Source: Azolla caroliniana (taxonomy: Eukaryota; Plantae; Polypodiophyta). From it: a stretch of 64,000 bases of DNA. The notes under the pieces were generated by a model. It was given only the letters and a program-made list of their open reading frames with translations, had not been told where the DNA came from and made no database searches. This document shows, piece by piece, positions 50,683 to 62,585 of this stretch (the first letter of the stretch is position 1; every line of letters begins with the position of its first letter). A program made the position numbers and the translations under genes. The stretch lies in assembly GCA_043228905.1 (NCBI GenBank), contig JBHGNT010000010.1:8742001-8806000 (forward strand), given 5' to 3'.

Positions 50683-52280
50683 TCTATAAGAGAAGTATGA
50701 TGCAAAAATAAAAATGAAATGGTTGGAAAGGAAAGTATAGAGGAATGAGAGGATATTTGGCTTATTCTAATTTCTTTCGTGTAAAACTCCTTTTTAACTA
50801 ATATGAGAATTTTGTTCAGTTTGTTTGAAGTTTTTTCTTTAGATATTTGTTTTCTTTTGATTATTTCAAATGGAAGACAAATAATGGGTTATTTATGAAG
50901 AGAGCAGAGCAACAAATATTCACCTACTATGTGTGGTGATGGAGATGTTGAATTAATTGGGATTGTCTTCATCAAAGACTTGTTGTGCTTAATTACTAAT
51001 CTATATGATATCTTTGTATCTAAGGATATGGAGCTTTTGATACTTGATACTAGGCTTCACACCTATCTAGTTCTTATTTTGGTGTTCAGTCTATGCTGAG
51101 AATGCACCATCAAGGCTCTCATACCATGAGTTTGTTTTGGGGCTAGCTATCAAGGCAAATCGAAGCATGTATTTCTTCCTACGATTGTCTTTTGTTCTAT
51201 CAGTATGGCTGGTATTCATTCCTTTCATGACTTTCAGGATGTGGAGGTTGGCATTTATTAGAAATATTTCTAAAGCCAAGTGGGTGTTTTTTCATCGAGT
51301 CACACCCACTTTACTCTTCACTAACTATGTCCGTGGATTTTTATTATCAACTGACATTATGTTCATCTTTCTTGGTGCTACATAATTACGAAAATGCAAG
51401 GTCCTGATTTCTAGTTGTTATAAAGGGAGGAGATTAATAAATAAATAATTATATGTGTTGTAATATAGAACTGTTTCCATTACTTTCCTCTCATCTAATC
51501 AATTATTGTTTGTTTGAAACATTATTTGAACCTTAGGTGTTTCATTATTATAGTAAGTTTGTTTTGCATGTGTTTGTTACAAGCTATATAATCTAAGGAA
51601 AAGGTGTACTAGAAAGAGATGTTGTATTGCCAATAGTGTGATTGATATGTATGTCAAATGTGGATCGACCCATGTAGCACATATATTGCTTGATCAGCTT
51701 CGCATATTGAAAGAGTCATATATTAATCTCTTCCCTATTAAAAAATGTTGTAATGTGAGAAATTATTGAGCATTTGAAGGAACTTCTTGCAGTGATGGAG
51801 TATTCATGATGATTGTTGATGAAATTTCATAATGTTTAAATAGAGAATAGCTATCAAACTAAATAATGTGCTATTGACTCTTTCTTAGTAAAAGAATATT
51901 CATGATTTATGTGCAAATAGACATGAGCCACTACACATACATACACATAACACATAGATACATACACACATGCCATACATCTAAGATATACAACACATGC
52001 AATACAATACATACAAAAATACATATGAACACACACACATAATGCATACACACACACACAACCTATACATAAAATATATACAACATATGCAATACAATAT
52101 AATACATTTCTATGTAAGGGCATTTAAAATGAGTTGTTATCAAAATATATATTGGCACTAAGGGGTATTTTTATTAACCATTTTTTTATAGAATGGTATC
52201 TAAAATAGTAAAAAATATACGTATAAGGGGTTTATAAAAGATGTCGTGAATGCACGTGGTACAACCTCTTTATATATAGT
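50683..52280 (+). mobile_element. Possible non-autonomous Helitron carrying the SUD1-like exon
   Basis: AT-rich tract with a tctataag start candidate and a cgtgaatgcacg hairpin at 52245-52256; the canonical CTRR end is not intact. Confidence 0.35.
51090..51400 (+). pseudogene. SUD1: Isolated exon of a SUD1/CER9-like (Doa10/MARCH6-type) E3 ubiquitin ligase, with a premature stop
   Basis: After the acceptor ttcag it reads YAENAPSRLSYHEFVLGLAIKA..FFLRLSFVLSVWLVFIPFMTFRMWRLAF..GFLLS..FIFLGAT*LR, matching the post-RING segment of plant SUD1/CER9 as I recall it; TAA replaces a Ser codon. Confidence 0.85.
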
Positions 52281-52284
52281 GGAG

Positions 52285-53248
52285 TCCCTAGGTCGTGACT
52301 AAGGAGTGTGTGAGGGCAGCAGTCGACGCGTTGCACACAGTCGAGATGAAGGTTTCCCACGAAGGGAGGAGATTTCTCATGAGCAACATTGCTCTCAATT
52401 CATCTTCGATCGTCATCCATGGGCCGCAATTTGGGAACTTAAGCTTTGGTACTCATTCAGATGTGCTTGGACCGAGTCGGATGCTTTCATCTGAAGGTTG
52501 TAAAGGCGCCGACTCAAATATATCTTTGTGGCAGCGACCTTCTTTTCATAAGTGTCTGAAATTGTCTTCCATAGTTGGAAGGCAGTCGAACACGGTTGCA
52601 CCGTGAAGTACACGAACTCCGACAGGTGCATCTGAATTGTGGCGTGAATTATTCTGTCAAGCTTCTGCCACTAAATCAGCATGTATCCTTTTGGAGTATT
52701 TTCGTTTTCGATGGGGTCAATTTGCCCCTTGAGTATAAGATTATCTTGCATCTGCTCCTTCCATAAGTGAAAGTTCGATCCATTGAACTTCCTTAGACTC
52801 ATCTCTGATGAGCCGGATATTGATGCCATCTGTGTTGGCTTGTTAGACCCTGTTCGGAGTTTACTACAAACGGTGGGGGAATGCAGTTGACTGGCTCACC
52901 CAATATTGTTCTAGTCAGATTTGAACACGAGTCAAATCAATTTCGACTGATGCCATGAGTGCGGAATCATTAACATCCCTTTGCTAGCAGGATTGTTGAG
53001 TGCACAGTAGAAAGGCAAAATCAGAGAACAAAATGAGAGAGAGAGAGAGACAAAGAGACACACAAGAGGAACTGTACATACAAGCTTTCGAAATAATGGC
53101 AACAACCTTAACAACTAGGTTACAAAGCCCATTATATACTAAATGGGCTAGGGCAACTGCTCATTGACATATTTACAAAATTGTCCTAAATCTAGTTGGA
53201 GGAAGATACAAATTTGTAAATATGGCCATTATAGAGTAGTATTCGACA
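52285..53248 (-). mobile_element. Copia 5' fragment (putative LTR, degenerate Met PBS, gag)
   Basis: KFNGSNFHLWKEQM..LWKTISDTYEKK..LYNLQM gag motifs; cgactgatgcca near 52944-52955. LTR limits are uncertain. Confidence 0.7.
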
Positions 53249-56200
53249 GGTTAAATATATGAGGCTCTTGAAAATTTGTCAGAACCGTTTCTCATCGCAG
53301 GCCACTCCCGAGTCGAGACATAGCTTCAAGTTTCAGTCTCGAGGAGTAGAGACAGATCGGCAATCCATCATTCCAAATCTATACAGCATATTCAACACAT
53401 AATGTCATTGAGAACAATATGCCATCGGGGGTGTGGATCACTTCGATCCCAAGGACATAGTGAAGGTTCCCCAAGTCCTTCATCTTGAATGCATCCGACA
53501 ACTTGGACTTTACTAGACTGATTTCAGTAAGGTCGGGTCCGATGACGACCAGGTCGTCTACGTATAGCACAATGCAAACCGGACCTTTCTGGATGAACAA
53601 AGAAGAGTCGGATTTTGAGACTACAAACCCCATCTTACGCAACCGGTGTGTGATTTTCAAATTCCTAACATTGGAGGGCTTACTTGAGGCCTTAAAGCGA
53701 CGTTAGCATACTGCCGACTTGTTAATCTCCTACTGAAAACCAGGGGATTGGACCCCATGAAGAAACGCATTTTAGACGTCCATCTGGTGGAGATGCCACC
53801 CCCCTTGCTTTCGCTACTGCCAGCACCACACGAACTGTCATCATCTTCGCTATTGTTGTGAAGGTCTCGTTGTAGTCGATGTCTGGGTTTGTGCATATCC
53901 TTTGGCCACCAATCGGGCCTTATATCAGTTGACAAACTGTCGGCGTTGTATTTCACTTTGTATACCCACTTACATCCGCTCGGTTTGCAGTGTCGGGGAG
54001 GTTCAACCAAGTCCCATCTGCCATTGGCATCCAGTGCCGGCATTTCGTCCTGCATGCCTGATTACCATTTGGCGTCCTGTGATGCCTCCGCATAGCAGCC
54101 TCCCTGACTTGTGGACTTCCGCCACTTTCGTCATGTATGCATAATGGTGAGCCATGTACTTGTTATAACCATATTGAATTATCGGCTTCTTGTGGCGAGT
54201 CGATCAACTAAGCTTCTCATTCGCCGATTTTATGGCCCTCTTGGCCGCATCTGACCTCAACTCTTGAGGTCCTTCATCGCTCCATTTGGTCTCGGATTCT
54301 TCCTAATCCGACGTCGCTCTATCCATGGCGTACTCCGACATCTTCATCTTCCCCTTCTCTTTGCAGGTATACTGTCTCCTTGGTTCCTTGTGTGAGGAGT
54401 ACACGACCGAGTCATCACTGCTCGCCAGTTCTTAATTCTGTTGGTCTTCCCGACTCAGCTCTTCATTCGAACCACTCAGTTGGAATGAAATTGGACTCCC
54501 CTCTTGAGTGCCAATATCTTCTTCTTCCTGAATCATTTCAGGCTCATTAGCCTCATCCTCAGTAATCAGGTGGTCAGAGTTGTCGGAGGTCAGAGTCGAA
54601 AAGGAATACCAGGACGCTGATTTTTCGAACACAACATCTTGGCTTACTCGAACTTGTTTGGTCTAGGGGTTATAACACTTATACCCCTTTTGTTCCTGTG
54701 AGTAGCCGACCAATATGTACTCATTTGGCACATGCACATACACAATGCTACTAGATACCCTCAGGTGTCTCAAGTTTGGCGATCGCCGGAAATACAACTC
54801 GTGTGCCGATACCTTCTCTCTGATCTGATTCTAGATGTAGACCGTTATCCTAACCACCTCGGCCCAATAAAACTTGGGCTTTCTCTTCTCCTCTGTTGAG
54901 CGGACAAGCTCAACCGAATCCGAATCGGCTGAATAAGCCAAAGCCGGATTGGTATTCGGAACGGAGAACAGGATAGGTATCCGAATCAAAGCCGGATCGG
55001 ATTGTAACAGGTAGTCCATTGGAGGCCTACAAATCTTAGCCTAGTACGTAGCCATATTCCTTGGAGTCAGTGTCAGTCGCTCGTATGAGCATTGAAGTAC
55101 ATGTCAATACTTATGTCAGTCCATATAAGGACTTGTATAAAAGTGCTCACTAAGCACATTGTATGCACAAAGTGTTATTATTTTTTAATTGAGTTTACTA
55201 TTCTGCTCTCTCTATCTCTCCCGTGTAAGACTTCCATTAAACTTGTGTCGGATCATGTTGTTATCCGGTGTAACCAGTTTTGTCAAAGCTTCCGCAATCA
55301 TAATCTTTTACATGGTATCAGAGCGTGGGGGTTGAGAACCTCTTCAGCCAACGAGTGATTTCCGAAGACAAACCCTAACACCCCGGTAGAGAACAAAAAA
55401 CAAAGTTTAGAATGGATAGAGGAATGGCTAGCTCGTTCCGGACGGAAAAGCTCAACAGATCTAACTATGCATCTTGGTTGTACAAGATGTAGTAGTACCT
55501 GCTAGGGCACGGTTACTAGAATTATGTCGACGGAGCTAACGATACGAGACCTGATGCGACACACAGGGACTTCCCGACTTGAGAACAAGCGGCAAGTAGG
55601 GTAATGTACTGCTTCACATCTAGTGTCAACAATCAACAGTTGAGCCATATCCAAAACGCCAAGACGTCGAAGGAAGCTTGGGGAAACCTGAAGAAGGACT
55701 TCACCGCAAGCACTACGGCCCGAAAGTTGCAACTCCAACAAGAGTTGAGCAATGTCCGATAGGACATGTTGGTGGCCGATAATTGGATCAAAGAGATCCG
55801 CGACTCAATTGCCTCTATCAATGTGACTATTGAGGAAGATGAGATGGTGCAGGTTTGTCTCGGGGGCCAGGCGTCAAAGTTCGGAGCATTCCGGACGACG
55901 GTATGTACAATGGAGAATATGTCTTCGTTTTTCGACCTATAGTCGATGCTCCTAGTAGAGGAGAACCACACGTGTGCGTCAACAAGCATGCACGCCGACA
56001 ACAAGATGTTGTACATGGAGGCGGATCGGCCTCGTGGTCGTGGCGGACGAGGTGGATTGGCACGCGGTGGAAGCGGCCGACAAGAGCAGAATCGGAGGCA
56101 CAATGATGGTGCCGACAATAGTTCTGGACCATCCACAAGCAAGGGAAGTCAAGGCGGTGCCGGGAGTCGGCAAGAGAAGACCGCAATGGAATGTTGGAAC

Positions 56201-56666
56201 TGTAGCTGGAAGGGCCACATAGAGAGCAAGTGCTGGAAGAAGTTCACTGATTCGGACAAATCCAGATCCGGCCAGGCCGGACGGGGAAACCGGCAAAGAT
56301 CACATTACGCGGAAGGACCAGAAGGACCGGAAGGATCCGGTTTCAGAAATGGATAAGGCCCAATCTTTGTGATTCAGTAAACTCAATGGTGAAGACCACT
56401 TCCGGATCGGAGGAAGTGTGGTACATTGACTCCGGAGCATCTAAGCACATGAAGAACCATGAAGAGTGGTTCGCGTTTCAGGAATGTCCAGAGCAACCGG
56501 GAGTTGTCGAAATCGGAGACGACACTCCTCACCTGATTGTACATGTCAAAGAATTCCCTTTAAGACATGTAGGAAAAAAGTGAAATTTGATGAACGTACT
56601 ACATGTTCCAACAATCACAAAGAACCTGGTGTTGGTCGGGCAGATCATTGACCAGGGGATGCAAGT

Positions 56667-57891
56667 TATCTGCAAAGAATGGGCGTGAGCGACCATGTGC
56701 AGTCCTCACCGACAATTGGAACACTTGACGTCGATGAAGGTTAGGCAAAGTAGTGTTGATCACAACACCAAGAGGTGTTGAAGATGATGATGTCGAAGAC
56801 GAAGCAATGAAGACAATGATGTTGACGAAACGTCTCTTGAAGCAATGATTGTGACTATGGCAATGATGGAAAGAAAGAAATAGATGAAGAGGATAAGAAA
56901 CAAAGAGATAGAGACGTTGAGGATAAAAAGAAACACAAAGACAGAGATATAGAGGATGATAGAAAACATAATGACAAGGACGAAGATTATAAGAAACACA
57001 TAGATATGGATGATGATGATAAGAAACACATAGATAGAGATGAAAACGGCAGGAAACACAGGGAGAAGGATGATAATGACAAGAAATGCAGAGATAGGGA
57101 TGTGCAAGATGATAAGAAGTGCAAAGATAGAGATGATGATGATAAGAAACACGGAGATAGATATGTGGAGGATGAGAAGAAATTAAAAGATAGAGACGAT
57201 GATGGGAAGAAACTAAGAGATAGAGATGTTGACGAAGATAGGAAACGAAAGGATGTTGATTACGGTAACTCTAGAAGCAATGACGGTGACAATGGTAACT
57301 CTAAAAGCAAGGGCGATGACAAATACGAGTGATGATTTCAATTGGAAGGGATTCAAACTGTCACGGACACACCAAGCCTAGACTACGACAAAGCACAGAT
57401 GACGAGGCAACAATCGATAAGGTTACGAACGTGGAACTCGACATGATGAGGATAGAAACTCAGGAAGTTGTGAGCGATGAGATGAGGAACTTAAGACGCT
57501 AGGAACAATACAAGAGCATAAATACGGAGATGTAAATCAAGGAGAGAAGATGGGGCTAAACAAGAATACTAGATTGAGGTGTCAATGACTGGTGTTGAAT
57601 CCCTTGAAAGGGACCAAGATGGTTACAAGCATGTATACTCTAAGTTGAAGTGGGTTGAAGTACATGCATTGGAATATTTTGAAGAATATTCTAGAACCTT
57701 CTAGAACCTTGGAACTTTCTAAAACTTTCTGAGAGTATACCTAGATCATGTACATCTTATACAATGATATGTAGATCAAATATATCTTATACAATGCTTA
57801 TATCAAGATGGTTGACCATGATGTGTTGTTGATGTGAGGTTGCAAGTTCAATCCTCATCAACTATATATTTTATGTCATTGTATCATGACA
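56667..57891 (-). mobile_element. Chromovirus-type 5' LTR plus repetitive internal sequence (C2)
   Basis: LTR 57359-57891 (tgtcatga..cgtgaca on minus), followed by gtttgaatccctt, which is complementary to a sequence within the LTR; no gag seen. Confidence 0.8.
56880..57260 (+). repeat. Degenerate minisatellite of about 33 bp (reads DDDKKHRDRDV)
   Basis: Recurring gatgatgataagaaacacagagatagagat-like unit. Confidence 0.75.
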
Positions 57892-60631
57892 CGGCGAAGG
57901 GGTGGCATCTACATCAGATGGATGTAAACAATGCGTTCCTACATGGTGATCTTGCGGAACAAGTGTATATGGTACAACCCCCCGGTTTTCAGTACGGAAT
58001 GAATACATCGGCAGTGTGCCAATTGGAGAAGTCCCTCTACAGACTCAAGCAAGTCATGCGCGTCTCTCATCATCCGGCAAGGTCGAAACGAGCTGGTTAG
58101 TAATTTACTTTATGTTGATGATTTAGTCATTGCCGGCGCCAACCTGGACGAAATCGACCACCTCAAATCCCAGCTTGCAGCATCGTTTGAGATGAAAGAT
58201 CTAGGAGACCTTCATTACGTCCTCGGTATCGAAGTGCTCCGTACCCCGGAAGGCATACTAATTAGTCAACACCATTATGTGTTGAGTATGGTCTTCAAAT
58301 CGGTATGACGGAATGCAAATCCGTCTCAACTCCTCTGGACCGGAATGTGAAGCTTGGTCCCGACTCTGGAACGGCATGCGACCCGAAAAGGTTCCGACAA
58401 AAAGTCGGAAGCCTTATATATCAGACCATCACCCAGCCTCACCTCAGTTATCCGGTCGGATTGATCAGTCAATTTATGGCGCATCCGACCGTGGAGCACC
58501 TCCAATGCGTGCACCGAATCCTGAGATATGCTAGCGGAACTAAGGACATGGGGTTGTTATATCAGACCGGTGTAGCCGAACATCTTGTCGACAACATGGA
58601 TGCCGATTGGGCCGAAATGCCGGCGACCATAGGTCTACATCCGGATATGTGTTTTCACTTGGAAGCGACCCAATTGCTTGGAGTAGCAAAAAGCAGTCGA
58701 TAGTAGCATTCTGGAGCACTGAGGCCGGGTACCGAGGAGCTGTTGTCACGAAATGCGAAGTCATATGGCTCAAGAGGCTCTTGAAGGATCTATGAGTGGA
58801 GGTGTCTAATCCAACAACAATCTACTGCGACAACCTCAACAACATCCAATTGGCTAAGAACCCCATCTTTCATGCCCAAACAAAGCACATTAATATGCAC
58901 TACCATTTTGTCCGAGAGCATGTTCTCTCCGGTGAAGTGGAACTGCTACATGTTTCGACGGATAGGCAGGTGGCCGACATCTTCACCAAACCCCTCGGCT
59001 TAGACAAGTTGCGGCAATATTCCATTGCACTGGAAGTGCAGTACCTCGATATGCCGAACTTGAGGGGGAGAAATGAGGAAGACGATTGAAAAACTGAGTG
59101 GGAAACCAATTTCGACTTCGACCCGACTGAAGAAGTCAGAGTTCACGAGACGACTGAAGAAGCCGAGACCCGACGCAGGGGGAGCAACCGGGACGAAGAG
59201 CCCAAGCCGCACCCAACTGAAAAAGGAGGAGACAAAGCCGAAAAGGCCAAGACCAAGACATGGGCAGATGTGGTCAAGGGCCTCAAAGAGGAAAAATTGG
59301 AGACAACCAATTCGGACAAGAGCTGGAACGAATCGGGCTCACCTGATTCTGAAGCGGTGTTTGATTCGGAGGAGCCGGATCAATTGAATGCCAAATGGAC
59401 GAGGAGGCAGCTGAAGTCGACACCAACACGAAGGAACCGATGGGTCGAGAAGCACCAAAGTCGCAACAACGAAGGAGCTGAGAAGGGCCTTATGAGCAAA
59501 CAAGCCAACCAAGAAGGTCGAGAGGAGCGAGACCGGACGGGTTGTAAAAAGCGGAACCAAATGGGTTGAGGACGCCAGGGGGAGCCAGAGGAGAGGACCA
59601 TCCACCACAAACATTGACACCAAGATCCGACCTCAAGTTGAGCTTGAGAGGGAGTGTTGAGGGAACAAGCTCAACCTGATCCGAATCGGATGAATAAGCC
59701 AGAGCCAGATCGATATCTGGAACGGAGAACCGGATAGGTATCCGGATTGGAGTGCCAGATCGGATTGTAACCGGTAGGCCGTTAGAGGCCTACAAATCTT
59801 AGCCTAGTACATAGGCAGATTCCTTGGAGTCAGTGTCTGTCGCTCGTATGAGCATTGAAGTACATGTCAGTACTTTTGTCAATCCGTATAAGGACTTGTA
59901 TAAAAGTGCTTACGAAGCTCATTGTATGCACAGAGTGTTATTATTTTTTAATTGAGTTTACAGTTCTGCTCTCTCTATGTCTCCCGTGTAAGACTTCCAT
60001 TAAACCTATATCTTTATTCTCTGTTTTTTATCCGGTGTAACCGGTTCTGTCAAAGCTTCCGCAATCATAATCTTTTAAATCCTCCAACATTGCCCTTATC
60101 ACTTCAACAATTGACTGATTCTTCCGTTTAGCTACGCCATTCTGTTACGGCGTATATCTACAACTGAATTCGTGCCAAATTCCCACCTGTTGCAAATAAC
60201 AGTTGAGCTAGCCAGAAAATTATTCTTTCCCACCATCCAACCGCAGGCACTTGATCTTTCGTTTTGTTTCCCTCACCACTAAGCTTTTTAGGTTCCAGAA
60301 ACAGTCGAAGACTTCACTCTTCTTTTCAATGAGGTAGATCCAAGTGTGCCGGCTATAGTTGTCGATGAAGGAGCGAAGTATCGACTCCCGCCTAGGCTCA
60401 CATTTTGTGTTGGTCCCCATACATTTGAATATATCAAGTCGAGTTTGTCACAACTCTGATTACGCTCGTTGGGGAATGGAAGTTGGTGTTGCTTCCCTAG
60501 CTGGCAAGCGTCGCAAACTTGGGCCTTCCGGCCACTAAACTTCTGCAAACCAAACACAACTTGTTTCGATTGCAACTCCTAAAGCCTTTGGTAATTGACA
60601 TGGTTGATTCGTTTGTGCCACAAGCGGATAT

Positions 60632-62585
60632 TATCACGGACAAGTATAATAGAGCAAAACGAAGACAAGACTAGAACACAAGAGAGAGGAAAAGAACAAG
60701 AACTCAACTTATAGAATCCATAACTGGTGTTGTTCACCTTGACTAGAATCAAGGTGCACCTGAGTATTTATACAAGAAGGTAGGGCTATGTAAGCCATCT
60801 AGAAATTGAGTATGCATGAGGATGCATGCAATAGAGAATGCATGAGAATGTGTGCAAGCTAGAAATTTCCAATGTTCAATCTATACTACATGAAGTTGGA
60901 CCTAGATACAAGGATGCATATGTAGCTTAATTGGTAGGGTTGCCCAATAGAGACCATGAGGTCTTGGGTTCAATCCCTACCTTCTTCCATGGCATATGTC
61001 TATGACATTATCCTCCCTCTAAGGCTGCATCCCAACACCCACGGTCTGTTTATGAGGGTATCGTTGATGAAAAGCGTGAATTGCCTCCGGTGCATTTTGT
61101 AAATGTGTAACTAGTTCCCATGTGGCGTCCAAAAGAGGGTAACCTTTCCATAGGAACAAGTATTGAAGTCTTCGACAACACAAGTGGGAGTCAAGGATCC
61201 GGTCAACCTCATACTCCTCCTCAATTGCCAATAATTCCACGGGTGGTGGCGGAGGAGGTTGTCATACCGGAATGCAAGAAGGATGGTAGGGTTCAAGGAG
61301 AGAGACATGGAAAACATTGTGAAGTTGAAATGTGGGGGGAAGCGCTAACCGGAATACGACTGGGTTAATGCACTCGAGGATATAGAAGGGGCCTAGTTTT
61401 CTGTAGTCGGGCTTCGTGCAGGGACAAGTGGTTGCGATATGGCGACGTAGCAGCCAAACCATGTCACCGAATGCGAAGGTCGGCGCAACCAAGCGATGTC
61501 AGTCAACGTGAGCTTTATATTGTTTGCCAGCGGCACAGAGCTCGAGGGAGAGGTCACGATGGACATCTTGTAAGGTGTGGGCATGCCTCTCGGCCGACGG
61601 ATTGACGGAAGTCTCCGGAATGGAAATGTTGAAACGAGGGTGGAAACCATAGTTTGCAAAGAATGGGGAAACCTTAGTTGGGGCATGGATACTATTATTG
61701 TAGGAAAATCCCGCCATAGGAAGGAAGTCCACCCAATCATCTTGTTGGTAGCTGACTATACACCGGAGGTATTGTTCGAGGATTTGGTTGACTCTTTTGG
61801 TTTGGCCATCAGTTTGAGGGTGGTGCGTGGTAGACAAGTTCACAGAAGTCTTGAATGTCTGTAGAAGTCGGCACCAGAAGTGGGAGATAAATTGATGACC
61901 TCGATCAGAAGTGACATCCTCAGGGAAGCCGTGTAATCGGATGACATTTTCCAGAAAAAGGTCAGTCGTCTCCTCCCCCGAAAAGGTTTTCGAAAATGGG
62001 ACAAAGTGAGCCATCTTCGAAAACCGATCAACAACTACTAGCAGTGTGTCATGGTCACCGACCCGAGGAAGGTTGGTGATAAAGTCCATGGAGAGAGATG
62101 CCCAAGGCCGACTGGGAATTGGAAGTGGGTGTAGAAGGTCGTATGGACGATGGTGAACCACTTTGGAGCAAGCACAAACGTCATAAGTTTTGATAAATTC
62201 TTTGACCAATTTCCAAGGTTGGGGTCACCAAAACCCCCGAGACAGCAACACCAGTGTTTTCGTGACCCCAAACAATCCGACAAGAGGATCATCGTGGCAA
62301 TTTTGTAGTACTCGAATGTGACATGTGCCAGTTGGTACGTAAAAGAGTGATTACAATAGAGTAGCCCATCCAATAGAGTAGCCCATCCTGAGTTGTAAAG
62401 TGACTGAGATCCGAGCTTTGCATTTCCTGGGATGGGTTGTTGAGGCGCACCATGATGTCAATAGAAAAAAGGTCTGATGTGGTTGCTTGGGCGATCTCGT
62501 TGAACAAGGAAGCCGTAGTCAGCGAGAAAAGATGACCAGCAAGCCTACCTCCGATTTAACGTACGAGTGGTGGTGAAGTAGATGA
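60632..62585 (-). mobile_element. Chromovirus C3, 3' part (integrase, chromodomain, 3' LTR)
   Basis: SLSMDFITNLP, HPQTDGQT, YEVDRILDS..YLFLWKGY..TWE; PPT at about 61008-61020; LTR 60632-61007. Confidence 0.9.

Larger units (their letters stand above)
54894..60079 (+). mobile_element. Ty1/Copia element A2; integrase region lost and replaced by C2
   Basis: LTRs 54894-55312 and 59655-60079, TSD tcctc (54889-54893 / 60080-60084), PBS 55313-55324, PPT ending 59654. Confidence 0.93.
53260..60631 (-). mobile_element. Copia (A/E-type) pol fragment, interrupted by A2
   Basis: Integrase 60085-60625 continues at 54893 into RT (KWVYKVKY, LYVDDLV). Confidence 0.85.

Noticed and set aside
51854-52123. 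Cys/Tyr/Val-rich ORF
   Set aside because: Translation of a degenerate (CA/TA)n microsatellite.
56760-57152. Ile/Phe-rich transmembrane ORF
   Set aside because: Antisense reading of the purine-rich minisatellite.
60915-60990. Genuine tRNA gene
   Set aside because: A/B boxes are present, but I could not fold acceptor or anticodon stems, and it lies inside an LTR. Reported as a tRNA-like module instead.
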